Below are positions 24,450-39,154 of a stretch of DNA of 64,000 bases, in pieces. The translations under genes were made by a program, and so were the position numbers. The stretch comes from Paragordius varius (lineage: Eukaryota; Animalia; Nematomorpha). The notes under the pieces were generated by a model. That model did no database searches. It saw nothing but the letters and a program-made list of their open reading frames with translations, and was not told where the DNA came from. The stretch spans positions 372,001 to 436,000 of the forward strand of contig OZ176057.1 of the NCBI GenBank assembly GCA_964247055.1, in the 5' to 3' direction. How positions within the stretch are numbered: position 1 is the stretch's first letter; each line of letters begins with the position of its first letter.

Positions 24450-27400
24450 TATATGATTTCACTCTTTCCAGCGATCATATCCGTAAACTATTTCGCCATA
24501 GAACCCTGTCTTGGGCGTTCACGCGTTTTAAGTTCAGTTTTGCCATGCCACTCTTAATTGTATCAATCCATCACGTTTTAGGTTGCCCTTTTCCCCTCTT
24601 ACCTTTTTTATCTCTTCTTTCTACATGACCAAACCATCTTAGATTTACCATCACTTTTGCGTTACCGGTTTGATTTCCGTACTTTTTCTTATGTAGACAT
24701 TCCTCACCTTGTCATTCCTCGTTACACCGCACATCAATCTGAGCATTCTCATTTAAGTAACCTCAAAGTGCATCTCTTCTGATTTCTTTATTGCCCATGT
24801 CTGTGCGTTGTACATCATTGTTGTCTGTACAGCAGCACTGTAAATCTTACCCATGACTTTTAAATCAATATTTTTATCTCACCAAACATTTGAAATCTTT
24901 TTATAGTTTGCCCAACTATTTGGAATTCTTAGATTTATAACATGAGTTAAAGAACCATCTGCTAAAATCGCTCCTAAATATTTGCATTCCTTCTAACCTT
25001 TTAATACCCCGTTTTTTCCACCAAAATTTATTGATTCCGTTTTCTCTTTATTAACTTTTAATCCGCATCGTCGTGACACATTAATCCATTTCCCCAACAT
25101 TTCTTTTAATTCATGTAACTCGTCGGACAGCACTATTAGGTCGTCTGCACAAAGAAAATAACCAGCCACCGTGTTGCCCTACTTCTTTTGAAATTTCGTC
25201 CTTGCATATTATAATAGTAACGGCTGATTGGTGGCCCCTGATAGACCCCTTGGCTTATTTCAATAGGATCTGATACTCCGTGGTGCTTTTTAATTTTGGT
25301 ATGGTGTGAATCGTACATGCTTTTTAGAATTTTTATGTAACTTTTAAGGACGTTTTTCCGTCTTAAGCTCCACCATATTGTGCTCCGTGGTAGTCTGTCA
25401 AAAACCTTTTCAATATCGATTAAAATACCATGCAACTCTTTTTTCATTTCTATATGCTTCTCGATTATTCTTACTGCCTGAATCGGATCAATGGTAAACT
25501 TTCCTGGAATAAAACCAAATTGATTATCCTCTATACTAAACATTTATATTCGTTTCTCTAGTGTTTTCTCAAATAACTTCATTGTAGGCGACATCAATCT
25601 TATCCCTCTGTAATTTTTACAATCATTAATATCTTCTTTACCCTTGAAAATTGGAACATTAAAGCTCTCCTTCCATTAGGTTGGTATCATACCTGTAGAA
25701 ACTACATTATTAAAAATATCCGCCAAAAATTAAAGACCTTTCTCTGACATTATTTTCCAACAGTTTGTCAATATCCTCTGGACCTGCAGCCTTATTTATA
25801 GACATCTCTTCTAAACCAGCCTGGACTTTTTTTGTTTCCATAGCGCAGATATATAATCTGGTGCTTCGCGTAAAGTTTTACTGACGCCCAATTCAAGGTC
25901 CTGAAAATATTCTTTCCACCTCTTAAAAATTTTCGCTTGACGAGTAATTTGCCGTTTTTGTCTTTAATAGCCGTCGCGTAAGAGGACCAGTTCAGCTTTA
26001 TTCTGTGTTTTTGTCGAGCAATTTTAAAAACTTTTTTAGACCTTGCTTATTTTCTAACTCCTTGTAATATTATGCCGTTTTTTCTTTTTAATCTTACAAG
26101 CCTAAAAAGTTCCTTATAAATCCTTTTGTATTTTTCCCCGTATTCTGCATGTGGTTAACCACATTTAAAAGCTTTGCTTTTCTCCGCTATTTTAGAATTA
26201 TTTTTTTGTTTTACAGCCATGCTTTTCTATAAACCTGATTTCTACCACCTTTCATTCCGGACAACTTAACTCCCGCTAATTTATTTTTCCACCTAAGACC
26301 AAACATCTGGATCGCTGTTCCTCTAGTATTCCTACCGTTTCTACAAATTTTACTTAACTATTTCTTAAGCTTACGTTTTTGTATTTATTGGTATATCTGT
26401 CATATCACATATTTAAATTTGTTATGTACTAATCTGCAGAGGTGTGACTTTGCAGACCACAGCAAACTTTAAAGACTTTTGCGGTATTGATTTGTGTCAT
26501 CTTTCCACTTTTGTGAATAATTAAATATGGCTATGCCTTTTAGTAAAAATGATATTTGTTAAAGCTAAGTTATAAGATTGAGCAAATCTTAATAAACTAG
26601 CCCCTACTCCTTCACCCCGTAGCCTTTTCCGCCATGCCAAGGTTCACAACCTGTCCTATTTTGTGCCACATGCCTATTGAACCATAAAATACGATTTCTC
26701 TGTCTTTCGTTAATAAAGTCATTTCTGCGTGTAACAAATCATAACACTGGACAACAAATTTTTCTGCCACTCGAGTTTTTTGAGTTTTCTGATATTTAAT
26801 ATCATTTTAACAGTAAATCTGAAATAAAAAATATAACTCGTTGAAAGAATTTTGTAGAATTTGATTTTTTTGATTATGCGCCCTCTTTATCAAAATTTTA
26901 CTAAAAAATATTTTTCTTTGAAAATATACAAGTAATGCTCATTTGTAATATATCATTCGAAAGAGTAATAAAAACTCTATAAAATGTATACTAATATGTA
27001 TTACATCGACAGTTAATATTGGACACAAAGAGCGACAAACGCGCGAAGCGAAAGCATTTTTTTTAATTATTATATTTTTAAAACTAATGGATGAAAATAG
27101 CTCAAACTGTGTTTAGATGGTGATGAATGTCCAAAAAAAATAACACAAGAAAGTTTTTTTAATTAAAACATTTTTTTATTGCTTTTATATCACTCAAAAC
27201 AACCATTTTTAAGTTTTTTGTTTTTTAAAAATTACCATCTCATCCATATTAATTTATTTTCTTTATAAGGCTGATAATTTCGAAATTTTAAAGATAAAAA
27301 CAAGGTTTAATGTATTTTTGATCTTTTATAGCCATTATGTAATAAATTTACAGTTATAACTATGCATTTTAATATCCACTAGGTAAAATATTTATGATAA

Positions 27401-28200
27401 TAATAATTTTTATCAAAAAAGCAAACCAAAAGCTTTTTCAAACATTTTTTTAAAATTAAATACTAATATAACCCTAATAATTATATTTAGTTAATTTATA
27501 TGATTTTCAAGTTAGTTTGTCTGTGAAAATTCATGACTTATTTAAGGATTGAAAATTTCGACCATTTAAATCCAAATAACTTTTACATCCGATTGATTTA
27601 AATGACTTACTACCATTTAAAAGATGCAGTTTTTTGCGCTCTTTCGAATCATATCTAAAACTTTTAATTTTCGAAATTTCGAGTTTAATGTTAAATCGGG
27701 GCCAAAAATTATCGAAAAACTCTAATATAAAAAAATTCTTCCATGCTAGAACAATATTCTTTTCAGATATACTAATTATGTATTTTAATGAAATAAATTT
27801 TAAATTTACAAGAATGGCAGTTAAAAAAAGTTAAAATTTGTTGTCTAGTGTAATCGTTCTCAGGTTTACTTAACCCTATAACGCCAAAGATAGTAAAAAC
27901 CCTATTAAATAGGTCGACATTTATTATTCTACTGTCAGCACATCTAACCTCAATTACTTGATTGGCAAATTTTGCACACACTATTATGCGACCCCACTGT
28001 AACCATCCGTAGAACTTGACGTCTTAGTGCCGTTTCCAACAAAAAATTTACCATTTTACCCTCATAGTTTCAATTAAATCATATAACTTACTTATTAACA
28101 AACCAACATTTATACTGGCAAAACACACTCTGCAACATTGCTTCTCCTTATTGGCATACCTCCGTGCAGCGACTGGCCAGGTCTGACCTACACGCCTTAC
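24450..28200 (-). mobile_element. Near full-length degenerate RTE LINE, split in its endonuclease region by a Chapaev3-like MITE
   Basis: APE: VCFASINVGLL and QVIEVRCADSRII (ORF 27772-27981), continuing past the MITE with WHGGKGYG. RT: FGFIPGK and IDIEKVFDRLPR (ORF 25136-25543), then FLCADDLIVL. RTE-type tail near 24450-24600. No TSD found. Confidence 0.85.
26745..27850 (+). mobile_element. Chapaev3-like (CMC) MITE, longer copy (1106 bp)
   Basis: TIR CACTGGACAACAAATTT / AAATTTGTTGTCTAGTG with TAA TSD at 26742-26744 and 27851-27853. Confidence 0.88.
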
Positions 28201-30049
28201 AAAAAAACACCCATAAAAAAACAAAAATACAATTGATAAGAATAATAATAGTAATAATAGACAAAAATAAACACTAAAATATAAAGTATTTAATGTTTAA
28301 ATGGAAAAAGTGAAACCAAAAAATTGAACCAAAAAAATAGAATAAATATAAATGAAAAAATAAAATCATCTTTACAACTGAGGATTAAAAAATATGGAAT
28401 ATGTAATATACTTCAATTAAAACGATAAATAGAAAAATATTATAAAGGTAATTTTTCGCATTTTTTTTAATTAATGAATATAAAAACCTTTTTGATTGTT
28501 AGACTTTTTAGAATAGACTGAGATACACTTAAAACCATGTAATTTGAAACTGCCATAGATAGACATATTATGATTGGTAAAAAATTAAAGTACTGATTTA
28601 TAAATAAGTGTACCAAGGGTATCTAACGATTGGCTATGTTTTCCGGGACCCTCCAAAAATAAATTAATTTTAAAAATTGATCTACATCGCTTATTTTTAG
28701 TGCATGTGGGTATCTTAACCAAAACAAAGTAACACTTCTTGCATAAAGTAATACCCAAAATTGAGTAAAAAAATTTGTCAATGAAACTCCTGAAAAAACG
28801 AATGAAAGAACATCTATGATAGTGTCATTTACATTCCGAAAAAGGTGAAAAAATATTAAATATCTAAAAAACCTTTTATTAATTTCTTGATGCGTTTATT
28901 GCTGGCAAAGAAAATTATTTATTAGATATAAATATGTAAATTTTCATATTTAAATTAATTATAAATGTTAATGATGATTTTGTTAAATGATGATTTATAT
29001 ATTTTTAATTTTTTTTAATAATATGCCTGCATATTACCTTACATTAAAACATTTGTTAATATTAAATTTACGTATATTTTTATTTATATTATAAAAAAAT
29101 CCTATTTACATTCTAAATTAGTAGATCTGTTCAATATATACGAATAAAATGCTGATGAACATATTACATTCTGAAAGGAAATTATCACAGACAAAAATTG
29201 GAAAAATCAAAATTTTTTAAGGATATTGCTTAAATATTTAACCTTATTAACTAAGAGCTTGATCGCAAAAATGGCTAGTTAAATGTTCATTTCCAAGGTA
29301 TTAACCTTAATTTAGTTGATGTTTTACTGTAAAAATTGTATTTATACAGACAAAACGTAAAAATACAAAGACAAATATTTTTATCTAAAAGATAAACATT
29401 CTTTTTAATATTTTATTTTTTAATGAAATAAAAAATATCTATGCACATTGTATTATCGCACTATGTTAGATTAATTTATCGGAATTATAAAGATCAGCAA
29501 AACACAGTCTATCATAATCAGTCATAATATGTATATTTACAATAACAAAATAAAATATCCTAAATTATAGTCGATAATAGTATAATGTTAAACATTTTTA
29601 TTGATGCTTGCGAAATTATTATAGAAACATAGTTGTGTTCGTAGTGCTCATATAAATATAATTTTTGTTCTAATTATTGTACAATACAATTGTTTCTTTC
29701 AATAAATGACGTTATTTGGATATTTTGCATGCATTCTTAATAATGTGCATACTACTTTTTCAAGACAAAACAATTGATATCCTCCACTGTTAAGACCTAA
29801 TAAAATATATTGCAGTAATATAAACAATAACTTTGATTTAAAGCCTACTAGTCAAAATGTAAAAATCTGTCGCAAATATTTGTTGCGAATTTAGATGCAA
29901 ACGGTACATGACTAATCATTAGTTGGAGTTGACATATAAAGACAGCAAATTTTGCAATTTTGACCTTTATAATTTGCAAATCAATAGACGGATTACAGCT
30001 TAAAAATTATTTAATAGTTGGACAAAGTCGAATAACTCATATAAGTTAG

Positions 30050-30640
30050 GAAACCTGAAAATCTAAAACATTTGGTTGTAAATGTAACGGATGTTTCTAT
30101 ACCAAAAAAGCAATAGATTCTTTCGACTTTTTAGGCTCTTTAGCAAAAATGGTTCAACATTTTTATCCGCATATTTTATTAATTTAAGTTTTTCTAATTA
30201 TTTTCCTTATCTTAGATCGTTAAGAGTTTATACTGAATTAGATTGCTGGATCCCAAAAAGATCTCAGTCATTTAATTATTTTTTTCTGAATATTCAAAAA
30301 TGAATTTATATGACATACCTTGCTCCATAACATTGTATAAGACGAGGAAAAATTGGACATTTTGATAAGAGTTCTGGAATTAAAAATCGACTTGTCTCAT
30401 AATTCGCTAGATAGGTGGCCTGATATATGCACTTCCGGCTTAAAAACAGTAGAATCAAGCCATAATTTTTTGAATGATAATTTGCTTAACAGTGCAAAGA
30501 AATACTGCGGACTTCCTTCACATTTAAAAAATTTCTATTTAAAATCAAACAGAGTGTGTTCTGCTGTAATCATTTATCTAAGCTAAATTCGACAAGTATA
30601 AAGATTTTAAATTTGGAAATTAATAATATATGGTTTAATA
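30050..30640 (+). pseudogene. Leucine-rich-repeat gene relic with frameshifts and stops
   Basis: Successive LxxLxLxxNxL units: NLKHLVVN, FPYLRSLRV, IDLSHNSL, LKTVESSHNFL, LKNFYLKSNRV, IKILNLEINNI. They are spread over different frames, with several shifts at poly-A runs. Confidence 0.55.
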
Positions 30641-33600
30641 TAAATAATTAAACACGTTAAAAAAGTTTTCTTATAATAAAACAAAATTACCAATTAGCGG
30701 TTAAAAATTTAAACTTATCTGACAACCCAATCTAGAATTTAATGCATTCCTCAAAAAATTAGCTATTATTTTGGATATCAGCTTACATTAGAAAATACCC
30801 TGCCATTGAAATACCCACATTTTAATATTAGTAAACCTAAAAATTTATCTTATAGAAAATAATACGAATGTATAGTAAAAATAGAAATATACGGATAAAA
30901 GGTTAATTCTAAAGAAAAACACTTTTTAAATCCGATTTTTTAAATTGTAACGTGTTTAAATTGCAAAGTTGAAATATAAATTTAATATCGTTAACTAGTA
31001 AGTAAATATTTAATATAGGAAATATTAAAGGTTATAAAAGTGTATGTATTTTAAAAATATTTATCTTTGTATTTTCAAGTTTAATCCGTTTAATATCAAT
31101 TTTTACTGTAATAATTTTTAAATAATTATTTTTTTAAAATGCCAATATAAAATTTTTTGAAATATATATGAAGAATACAGTAACGAAAGGCTTTTATAGC
31201 TAAATCACTATTTTAAATGGCTATAAGTAAATTGTGCATATTTATGTTCCATTTTAAAATTTTTGCAAAAACAATACCCCATGACTTTTGAAGGTTTACA
31301 TTTCAGAGTCATTTGATTTGATACTTAAAAAGTTTTAAGTTTATTAATCTAAATTTAAAAATTGCTTTTTTTAGAATATAAAGCACATTATAAATTATTT
31401 TATAACTGTAAAATTGCAAAAAAAATTATTTTTTTAATTTTTAATACAAAAGAATAATGTTTGATAATACTATTTTATTTAAAACAGTAGTTTATTTATG
31501 AAATTAAAGTGTTAAATATAAAAACAACCCAATATATAAATACCAAAAAAATGTCATGAATGAAATATTTATTTAAATGCGACTAAAGGGTCAGAGAATG
31601 CATATTTTCAAATTTTTCCGATATGAATATTTTTAATTTCTTCCTATTTCATGAATCTTTTATTTTTCCCAGATATCTTAAACGTCCGATTTTTATAATA
31701 TATATAATTTATATTAAACAATAAAAAACGTATATTTTATATATTTAAGAATAAGAACGTATATATTCTATTTTTTGAAATGCTCAAAAACTAGTAGGTT
31801 AGTAGAAAAGTTTAGTTAATTTTAACTGACATGTTTATTAAATTACTATCCTTTTATAATATATAACTTAATAGAATTCGCAATTTTGAGTGATTCTGAT
31901 ACGGGTTTTTCATAGATGTTTTTTGGCTAATATTTCATTTTAATATCTAAAATCTATGTTATATTTATTTTATATAATTATCCAATTCTAAGAAACATTT
32001 TAAAATGCGATTCAAAATATTTGTTTAAAAGCGTAAATTTGACCGGGGCATATGAATACAATGTGATATGACAAATAAAGAAAGTTTGTTTTAATTGAAA
32101 GTGTATGATCCTCTTGATAAACATTACTGTAAAAAGCTTTATTTAAACCAATTAAAAAATTGGTAAAGAAAATTTTGCGGTATGCCGAATTCGGTAACAA
32201 TTCCAGATTTTTTTATGCCGGATAATATATGCATGTTGTAATTAAACATTATGAAGATTATAATTTAAACTACAATATAGCACATGAATTAATAAAAACA
32301 ATATCTAAAAATTACATATAAAAGCAAGGATTTCACAGCATTCAATAAGAAAATATTTCATTATGTTAAATTAATTCCTTTAAATTATTTAAAACGTAAC
32401 ATATATAGAATCATTTGGTAATGAATCTCATCCAATGAATCGACTGCAAAAACTATCTTTTATCATTGCAAATAATAATTCATATCATCTATTCATTTTC
32501 TTTAAATATTTTCCTCACGTGAGCCACTGTACATATCTAGTTAGGAAAATGTCCTTTCTGTTATTTTTACTTTTATAATAGTATCAGCATGTGTAATTGA
32601 TCCAAATTTTTTCGTAAAAAAATAACTTGAATTGGTTAAAGTTATTGACTATTTTGGGATCACATAACTTAAAACTCTTCCAAAATTACAGTGAGGGATT
32701 AGCTTAACCATAAGAAGGAACTTGACATTCCTAAACTTTTCAGAACTTTCAAAGATGATTCGATATGTAACATTATATAATATTCGTCAAACTGCTACTG
32801 AAACTTAAAATCTACTTATAAATTGGAATCACTGGATTAATTTAACTCGAAACATAAAAAGATTCCTAAAATTAAAATCAAAGTATTTAATAATAATATA
32901 TTATAAATAAATTATAAATAACAAATTAATATATTATAAGTTCTATATTCTAAAACAAAATATCACAATCAACATGATTGGTTGGGCTAATATAGCAATG
33001 TTACTGTAACAGCGGCTCTTTAACACCTTTTTGTAGCCCTGTAATTTGCACCTTTTTAGTGTAAGACTTTGTATGATTTTGTAATATATTAGTTGAAAAA
33101 TAAACTTTGGTTGGCTATTCCTCAAATAAATATATTTCATACTTTTAAGAATATGTTTTGTTTTTATAAAAAATAATTTTAAAATTTTATATGTGTATAT
33201 TTATCAAATAGGTATGGGTGATCGGCCCTTAAGATATTCAATAAAAATTAAAATACAGACATACGAAAAAGTATAAAAACAAATATTTTTTTCAAAAACA
33301 ACTATACTTTCTTCTACCCTTAATTTATCTTATGAAAATAATATAATTATACTTTATACATAATTGAATGTGTTACCAGTTTACATTATATTTAATACTT
33401 GTAGCTTGAAACAAACGCAAGAAAATGCATGTTTGCATTTAGGAAAAAATATTTGTCTCTTTTTTTTGCGTTTTGTCAGTGTATTCAATTTTACTCTTAT
33501 ATATATTTAGTGGCACTCACATACAGTATATTAAAAGGAAAAACATATATAAAGGCTTTTATATATTTTAATGGTTGGGCCAATAAAAAAACATAATGTT

Positions 33601-35069
33601 GAATAATTGTTTCCTTTTTATTTTTTTTAACATTCATACTGTAAAGCATGAGATGTTTTTTATATTTTATTAATATTAGGCCCGATATTTTGGTGAGATT
33701 TTTATTTAAATAAAATCAAGAAAAATGTATGTTTTCTAAAGTAAAATTTAAGTTTTAACTTTTAATATATTCGTATAAAAAGAGCGGTATATATTGTAAC
33801 AGAATCATTTTCTGCTAATTCCCCAGCTTGATTTTTTAGGCACAGCAGAGATTAAAATTACACAGACAAACTTAAGACAAATATTTTTACAAAAAGAGTA
33901 CTATACTTTCCAAATCTTGATTTTTTTAAATATAATACATTCTTCAACAACAAAATATAAAATAGAGATGGTATATTAGTAACGATTACAGTTGTAAAAT
34001 CCGTAGGATAATGATAAATTTATTATTACATTTTTTTACGATTGTTATTGAATGTAAGAGGATATATTAAAATAACTTTGTAAAAATTACTGTCCTTATA
34101 TTTCTGAGTTTGCTTATAATATTAGTTTTTATTGTAATTACAAATGCAATAAAAATGAATTTAAACAACAACATATTATTCTAAAAATTACAACATATTA
34201 TATAACATAATGCGATCGATGTTTCATAAATTAACATTTATAATTGCAATTCCCATAACGATAAGTTTTATAATAGAAAAAAACGTATGGTTTAAAATTG
34301 CCTGTTTAATGTATTGTGTTTAAAGGTATTATGGATAATGTTAATGGTTCTTATTGGTCGAATACCAGTGCAAAGAAACTCTACAAAAATAATATCAATC
34401 CTCTAATGGTCCAGGCTAAAGAAGGTGAAAACATACGAACAAACAGTAAAAATACAAAAACATATATTTTTTCCTAAACGACAACCATACTTTTTGAAAC
34501 CTTATTTTTTCTCACATAAGCTATTAGTTATACTTATGTTTTATAAAACACGTATAATATCAGTTTTTACTGTATATATTACGCTTTATTTATTTTTACC
34601 AATGAAATGGATTTCACTAATAATTAGCTCTTTTATTCTGCATCTGCGATGTTTTTGGATAATAAAATCCTTATGCGACTGTAATTATACATTGTATAAA
34701 AATGATTTTTTAATAACCTGTATAGATTCCAATTTTGCTTTAGTAGCTCTGATAATATATTATTTAAGAAAATCGGTTTTCCTGAATTAACTTTATTATC
34801 ATACAAAAGTATGATGGAGCAAGAACCGTTGATTTTACATTCATAAAAAACTGAAGATATGATATTTTGGAAATTTAATAATAAATACAACAGAAATATA
34901 AAACAAAGTGCTCAAAAAATAAAATACAATGTAGTCATAGATCATATGACAACACTATCGCCTATTCATTTCAATTGTCAGCGTTACTATCAAGCTCTCA
35001 GATGCTGTATGATTATGCTTACCTAACTGTTTCTATGTGTTAATATTGATTATCATGTCCGTGCTAACT

Positions 35070-35182
35070 TTACCCTTCAACAATTCAAACTCACCCATGT
35101 GTTTTAGTACTAATATAACTCATTATTAAAAAAAATAATTTAAAGAATTGTTTAAGGTTAAATTTTAATAGTAAATGGTATA
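35070..35182. mobile_element. Foldback-type MITE subfamily 2, deleted remnant
   Basis: ACAATTCAAACTCACCC repeat unit and right TIR GTAAATGGTATA. Confidence 0.5.
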
Positions 35183-37895
35183 AACTAATTTGACCAAATG
35201 GTTCGATTTTTCGCCTTTTTGCAGGTCATTTAATTTGGTCCATGGCTCTTCTCTTACAAGCACGTTTAGCTTTGTAACTGGGTGTTATAATCAATTTCCA
35301 CTCTTGTTATTATTTTACTAAGACGATTGATAATATTATATTACAGTATGCATTTTAATGTATGTTAAGTAATTTTATTGCCAGTCAAACATAGATGGTT
35401 TATGTTTAAAATACTGCTCGACAATATTTAGTAGTACACATATGAAAGAGGAGTAACGTGTGAATTTATGGATATTTTGTAATTTAAAATTTTAAATATT
35501 ATACAATTGTTAACATTTGAATTTGAGGAATTTTGTGGGTTTGTATCTTTAATATATTAATAAAAAGTAAAATAGGTATTTTAAAATTATTTATGTTGAT
35601 TATTAGCAATTTATATAGTAATTATTACCAATTAATAAAATAGGTAATGTTAAAATTTATGTAAATTTTAGATTGGTTTTGTTTTTTATTTGCATTGCTA
35701 ATCATTGATAATTTTTTACGGATAAAAACTGCCGTTAATAAATTTAGTCAAATTTTAATCTTTGTTTTTTATGGTAATTGTAATGAATTGCTACATATTT
35801 TGGACATTAAAAATAAATTTAGTCAAATTTAATTTGTTTGTTTTACCTGTATTTATTAAAAATCCAAAGTATGTAGTAATTAATTACGATTAACAATGGT
35901 AAATAAAAAAAATTAAATTTTACTAAAATTTTCAAAAACCTCAATTTTTACTTTTATTAAAATGTCCAAAATATGTTACAATCAACAATGTTAAAAAACA
36001 AAAAAATTAAATTTGCTTAAATTTATCAACGGCAATATCCGAAATTCTTAAAAATTCTTAATCAAAATTTAAAAAACAAAACCAATCTAAAATCTATTTT
36101 CACAGTTTTGGACTAAATTATAAAAATACCAATTCTGCACAACAGGTATTTATTATGTTAAATATTAATTATAAAATTTAATTAGGAATAATTAACGTAA
36201 ATAATCTTAAATCTATTACTATTTATTAATCAATTAAAGATAAAAACCCACAAAATTTGGCATCTAAATACGTGTTAACAATCAAATGTTAACATATATT
36301 GCTATAAAATTCTCCAAATTTAACATTACAAAATGTCCATCAAATTAAGCCTGTGTTAATTCTCATGTCAACTTTTATATGTGTACTATAAAATAATTTT
36401 GTGGAGTATTTTAATGTTATTTGACTGGCAATAAAATTACTTAACAAATCTGATTGCTAATTTACCCTATCATACCCGCCTTCATAAAAAATTTCTATTA
36501 TATTAATAACCCCACGTTTTCAGTGTTTTTTAAATTGATGGGTTCTAATTACTTGGCTCTATTACACCCTCCGCTTAAAATATTTTCAATAAATATCTAC
36601 AAGTGTATTCGTTTTCTAGCAAATTATTTTAAAGCCAAGAATTGTTTGACAACTCCCATTTTTCAAGACGTTGGAACAAAACTGGATTAATTTTTAACGG
36701 CTCAGTCAACATAGGCGCATTTTTAAATGATCAAGGAATTCCACATTCAAAAAATGTATCAAGATTTCCAGTAAATGCTTTAAAAGGCAATAGCTTTTTA
36801 AAAACAGGCAAATCAATAAAATAATTCGAATTTCAAAAAAATCAAAATAGTACATGTTTCCAGGATAATTGCCCCAAGACAATATTTTCTCAAACCGTCA
36901 CAACAACGGTAGGGTTAATAAATATATAAAGTGGGACATTTATGGATAAAAAGCATCTTTATTAGGCTAACTAGGGCTAACATATTTTTCCGAATTAGGC
37001 TTTAAAGTCACCATTCCACATTTTTATTAATATGTGAATATAAACAGTGCACTAAATCGAGAGTCTAAAAAATTTATTTAAAAGCAACAAGTTTTTCGCA
37101 TTTTACGCAACTTTAAGTTCCTTTTGGATGTGTTACGTTTGCTAAAAAAATTAAGCCTTTGATTGAAAATAGTTGCATTTGACTAAAAGGTAAAAATATC
37201 CGAAATTGTCCTTTTGCTTTATGAGTCATTTATGAAGGGTATTCTTTTATGTTTCTTATTGAGAAATAGCTGAATTAGCGCAATTTATACTAAATAAATT
37301 TTTCGGAATAATTTTTATTTAATATTTTTATAGATTTAAGCGCAGGTAATCCAATTAAACAATTGTATCAATTTATGTATATTGATTTGTCTCATATTTA
37401 ATTTCATTTATATTTTTTTCTGTGTTGTAATTTATTTTTAAGTTTTTTCTTTTAACTGATGATGCCATTGGGCGAAAATTTGAGTCTATAATAAATTTAT
37501 TTTTATTTTCTTTCATTTCACGACGTTAACACGAATCTTATAAACAATTATGAGCTCATGTATTTAAATTAAACTTAAGGAAATCGCGAAAAACAGTATC
37601 TAATAGAGATTTTATGGACAAGGATCAATTATGTATGAGATATTGATTATATTTGTAATTATTACTAAACCTAGAAACTTATTTAACGAAATACAGTAAG
37701 TCGAACATGCATAAAATTATTCAAACAAAACGTAAAAATATAAAGCTAATATTTTTTTCTATTTGACATCCATACTTTTTAAATTTTAATTTTTTTTACT
37801 TTTAACTCACTGTTTAGAATCGCAAAGAATTAGAGATTTTAGGTGAGACAATCAATTATGTATATTTAGATAGTTTAGCTACTAGTTGATATTAA

Positions 37896-38448
37896 ATACT
37901 TCACTCATTTTAGTCCTTTGATTCAAATTGGGGTAGTTAGATACCCCAGGCCTGTTTAAAATCAAATAGTTTAAAAAGTATGGAAGCAATCGAAACCATG
38001 GCAAGATTTTGCACTTATATAACATTAATAAACCGAAATATATAAAAAATTTTTATTTAAAAATACTTGATATTACTTATTTTGAGCTAAAACTTAAAGA
38101 TAAAAATTTAGTCAACGTGACATGTGTCAAATTGTAAAATTAAAAAATAATACAAAATAAACCGCTTTTTCTATTTCTATCAATGTTAGATGTAATTTAT
38201 ATAAAAAAATAAGCTTTAGTTTTACATGAAGACGATATTTTGCAAAGTTTTTGTAAAATAAAAATGGCGTCGAAGTAGTTTGAGGTGGAACTTTTTTTTT
38301 CAAAACAAAATTTTATCAAGATATTTTGGCATATTTATATAATATTTATCAGATAGAAGCATAAATTTAAATTGGCACCGTTTCCTTCTGTTGTTTTTTA
38401 TTTAAATTTAGTCTGGGGTATTTAGATACCCCAGTTTGGATCGAAGTG
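37896..38448 (-). mobile_element. piggyBac-like MITE, copy 3
   Basis: Same family as 5653-6229. TTAA at 37892-37895 and 38449-38452; one end slightly truncated. Confidence 0.78.
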
Positions 38449-38593
38449 TTAATACATTAAATATAGTATAATTAAATAATATATTTATTTTTATGAGAAG
38501 GAGTATCCTAACCAATTATAATATCATTGCACTACACACAACAAATTTCGACTTTTTTTAACTGCCATATGTGGAAATTTAAATTTTAATTAA

Positions 38594-39154
38594 CACTTCG
38601 ATTCAAATTGGGGCATCTAAATACCCCAGACTAAATTTAAATAAAAAACAACAGAAGGAAACGGTGCCAATTTAAATTTATGCTTCTATCTGATAAATAT
38701 TATATAAATATGCCAAAACATCTTGATAAAATTTTGTTTTGAAAAAAAAAGTTCCACCTCAAATTACTTCGACGCCATTTTTATTTTACAAAAATTTTGC
38801 TAAATATCGTCTTTATTTAATTTTAAGGGTAAAACTAAATCTATTTTTTTATATACATTACATCTAACATTGATAGAAATAGAAAAAGCGGTTTAGTTTG
38901 TATAATTTTTCAATTTTTCAATTTGACACATGTCACATTGACGAAATTTTTACCTTTCGGCTTTAGCTTAAAATAATAATATCAAGTATTTTTGAATAAA
39001 ATTTTTTATATATTTCGGTTTATTATAGTGCAAAATTTTGCCATGATTTTGATTGCATAGATACTTTTTAAAGTAGTTGATTTTAAACAGGCTTGGGGTA
39101 TCCAACTACCCCAATTTGAATCGAAGGACAAAATGAGTGTGTTGTATCCAAGTG
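38594..39154 (+). mobile_element. piggyBac-like MITE, copy 4, head-to-head with copy 3
   Basis: TTAA|CACTTCGATTCAAATT...GTATCCAAGTG|TTAA, with TTAA at 38590-38593 and 39155-39158. Confidence 0.82.
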
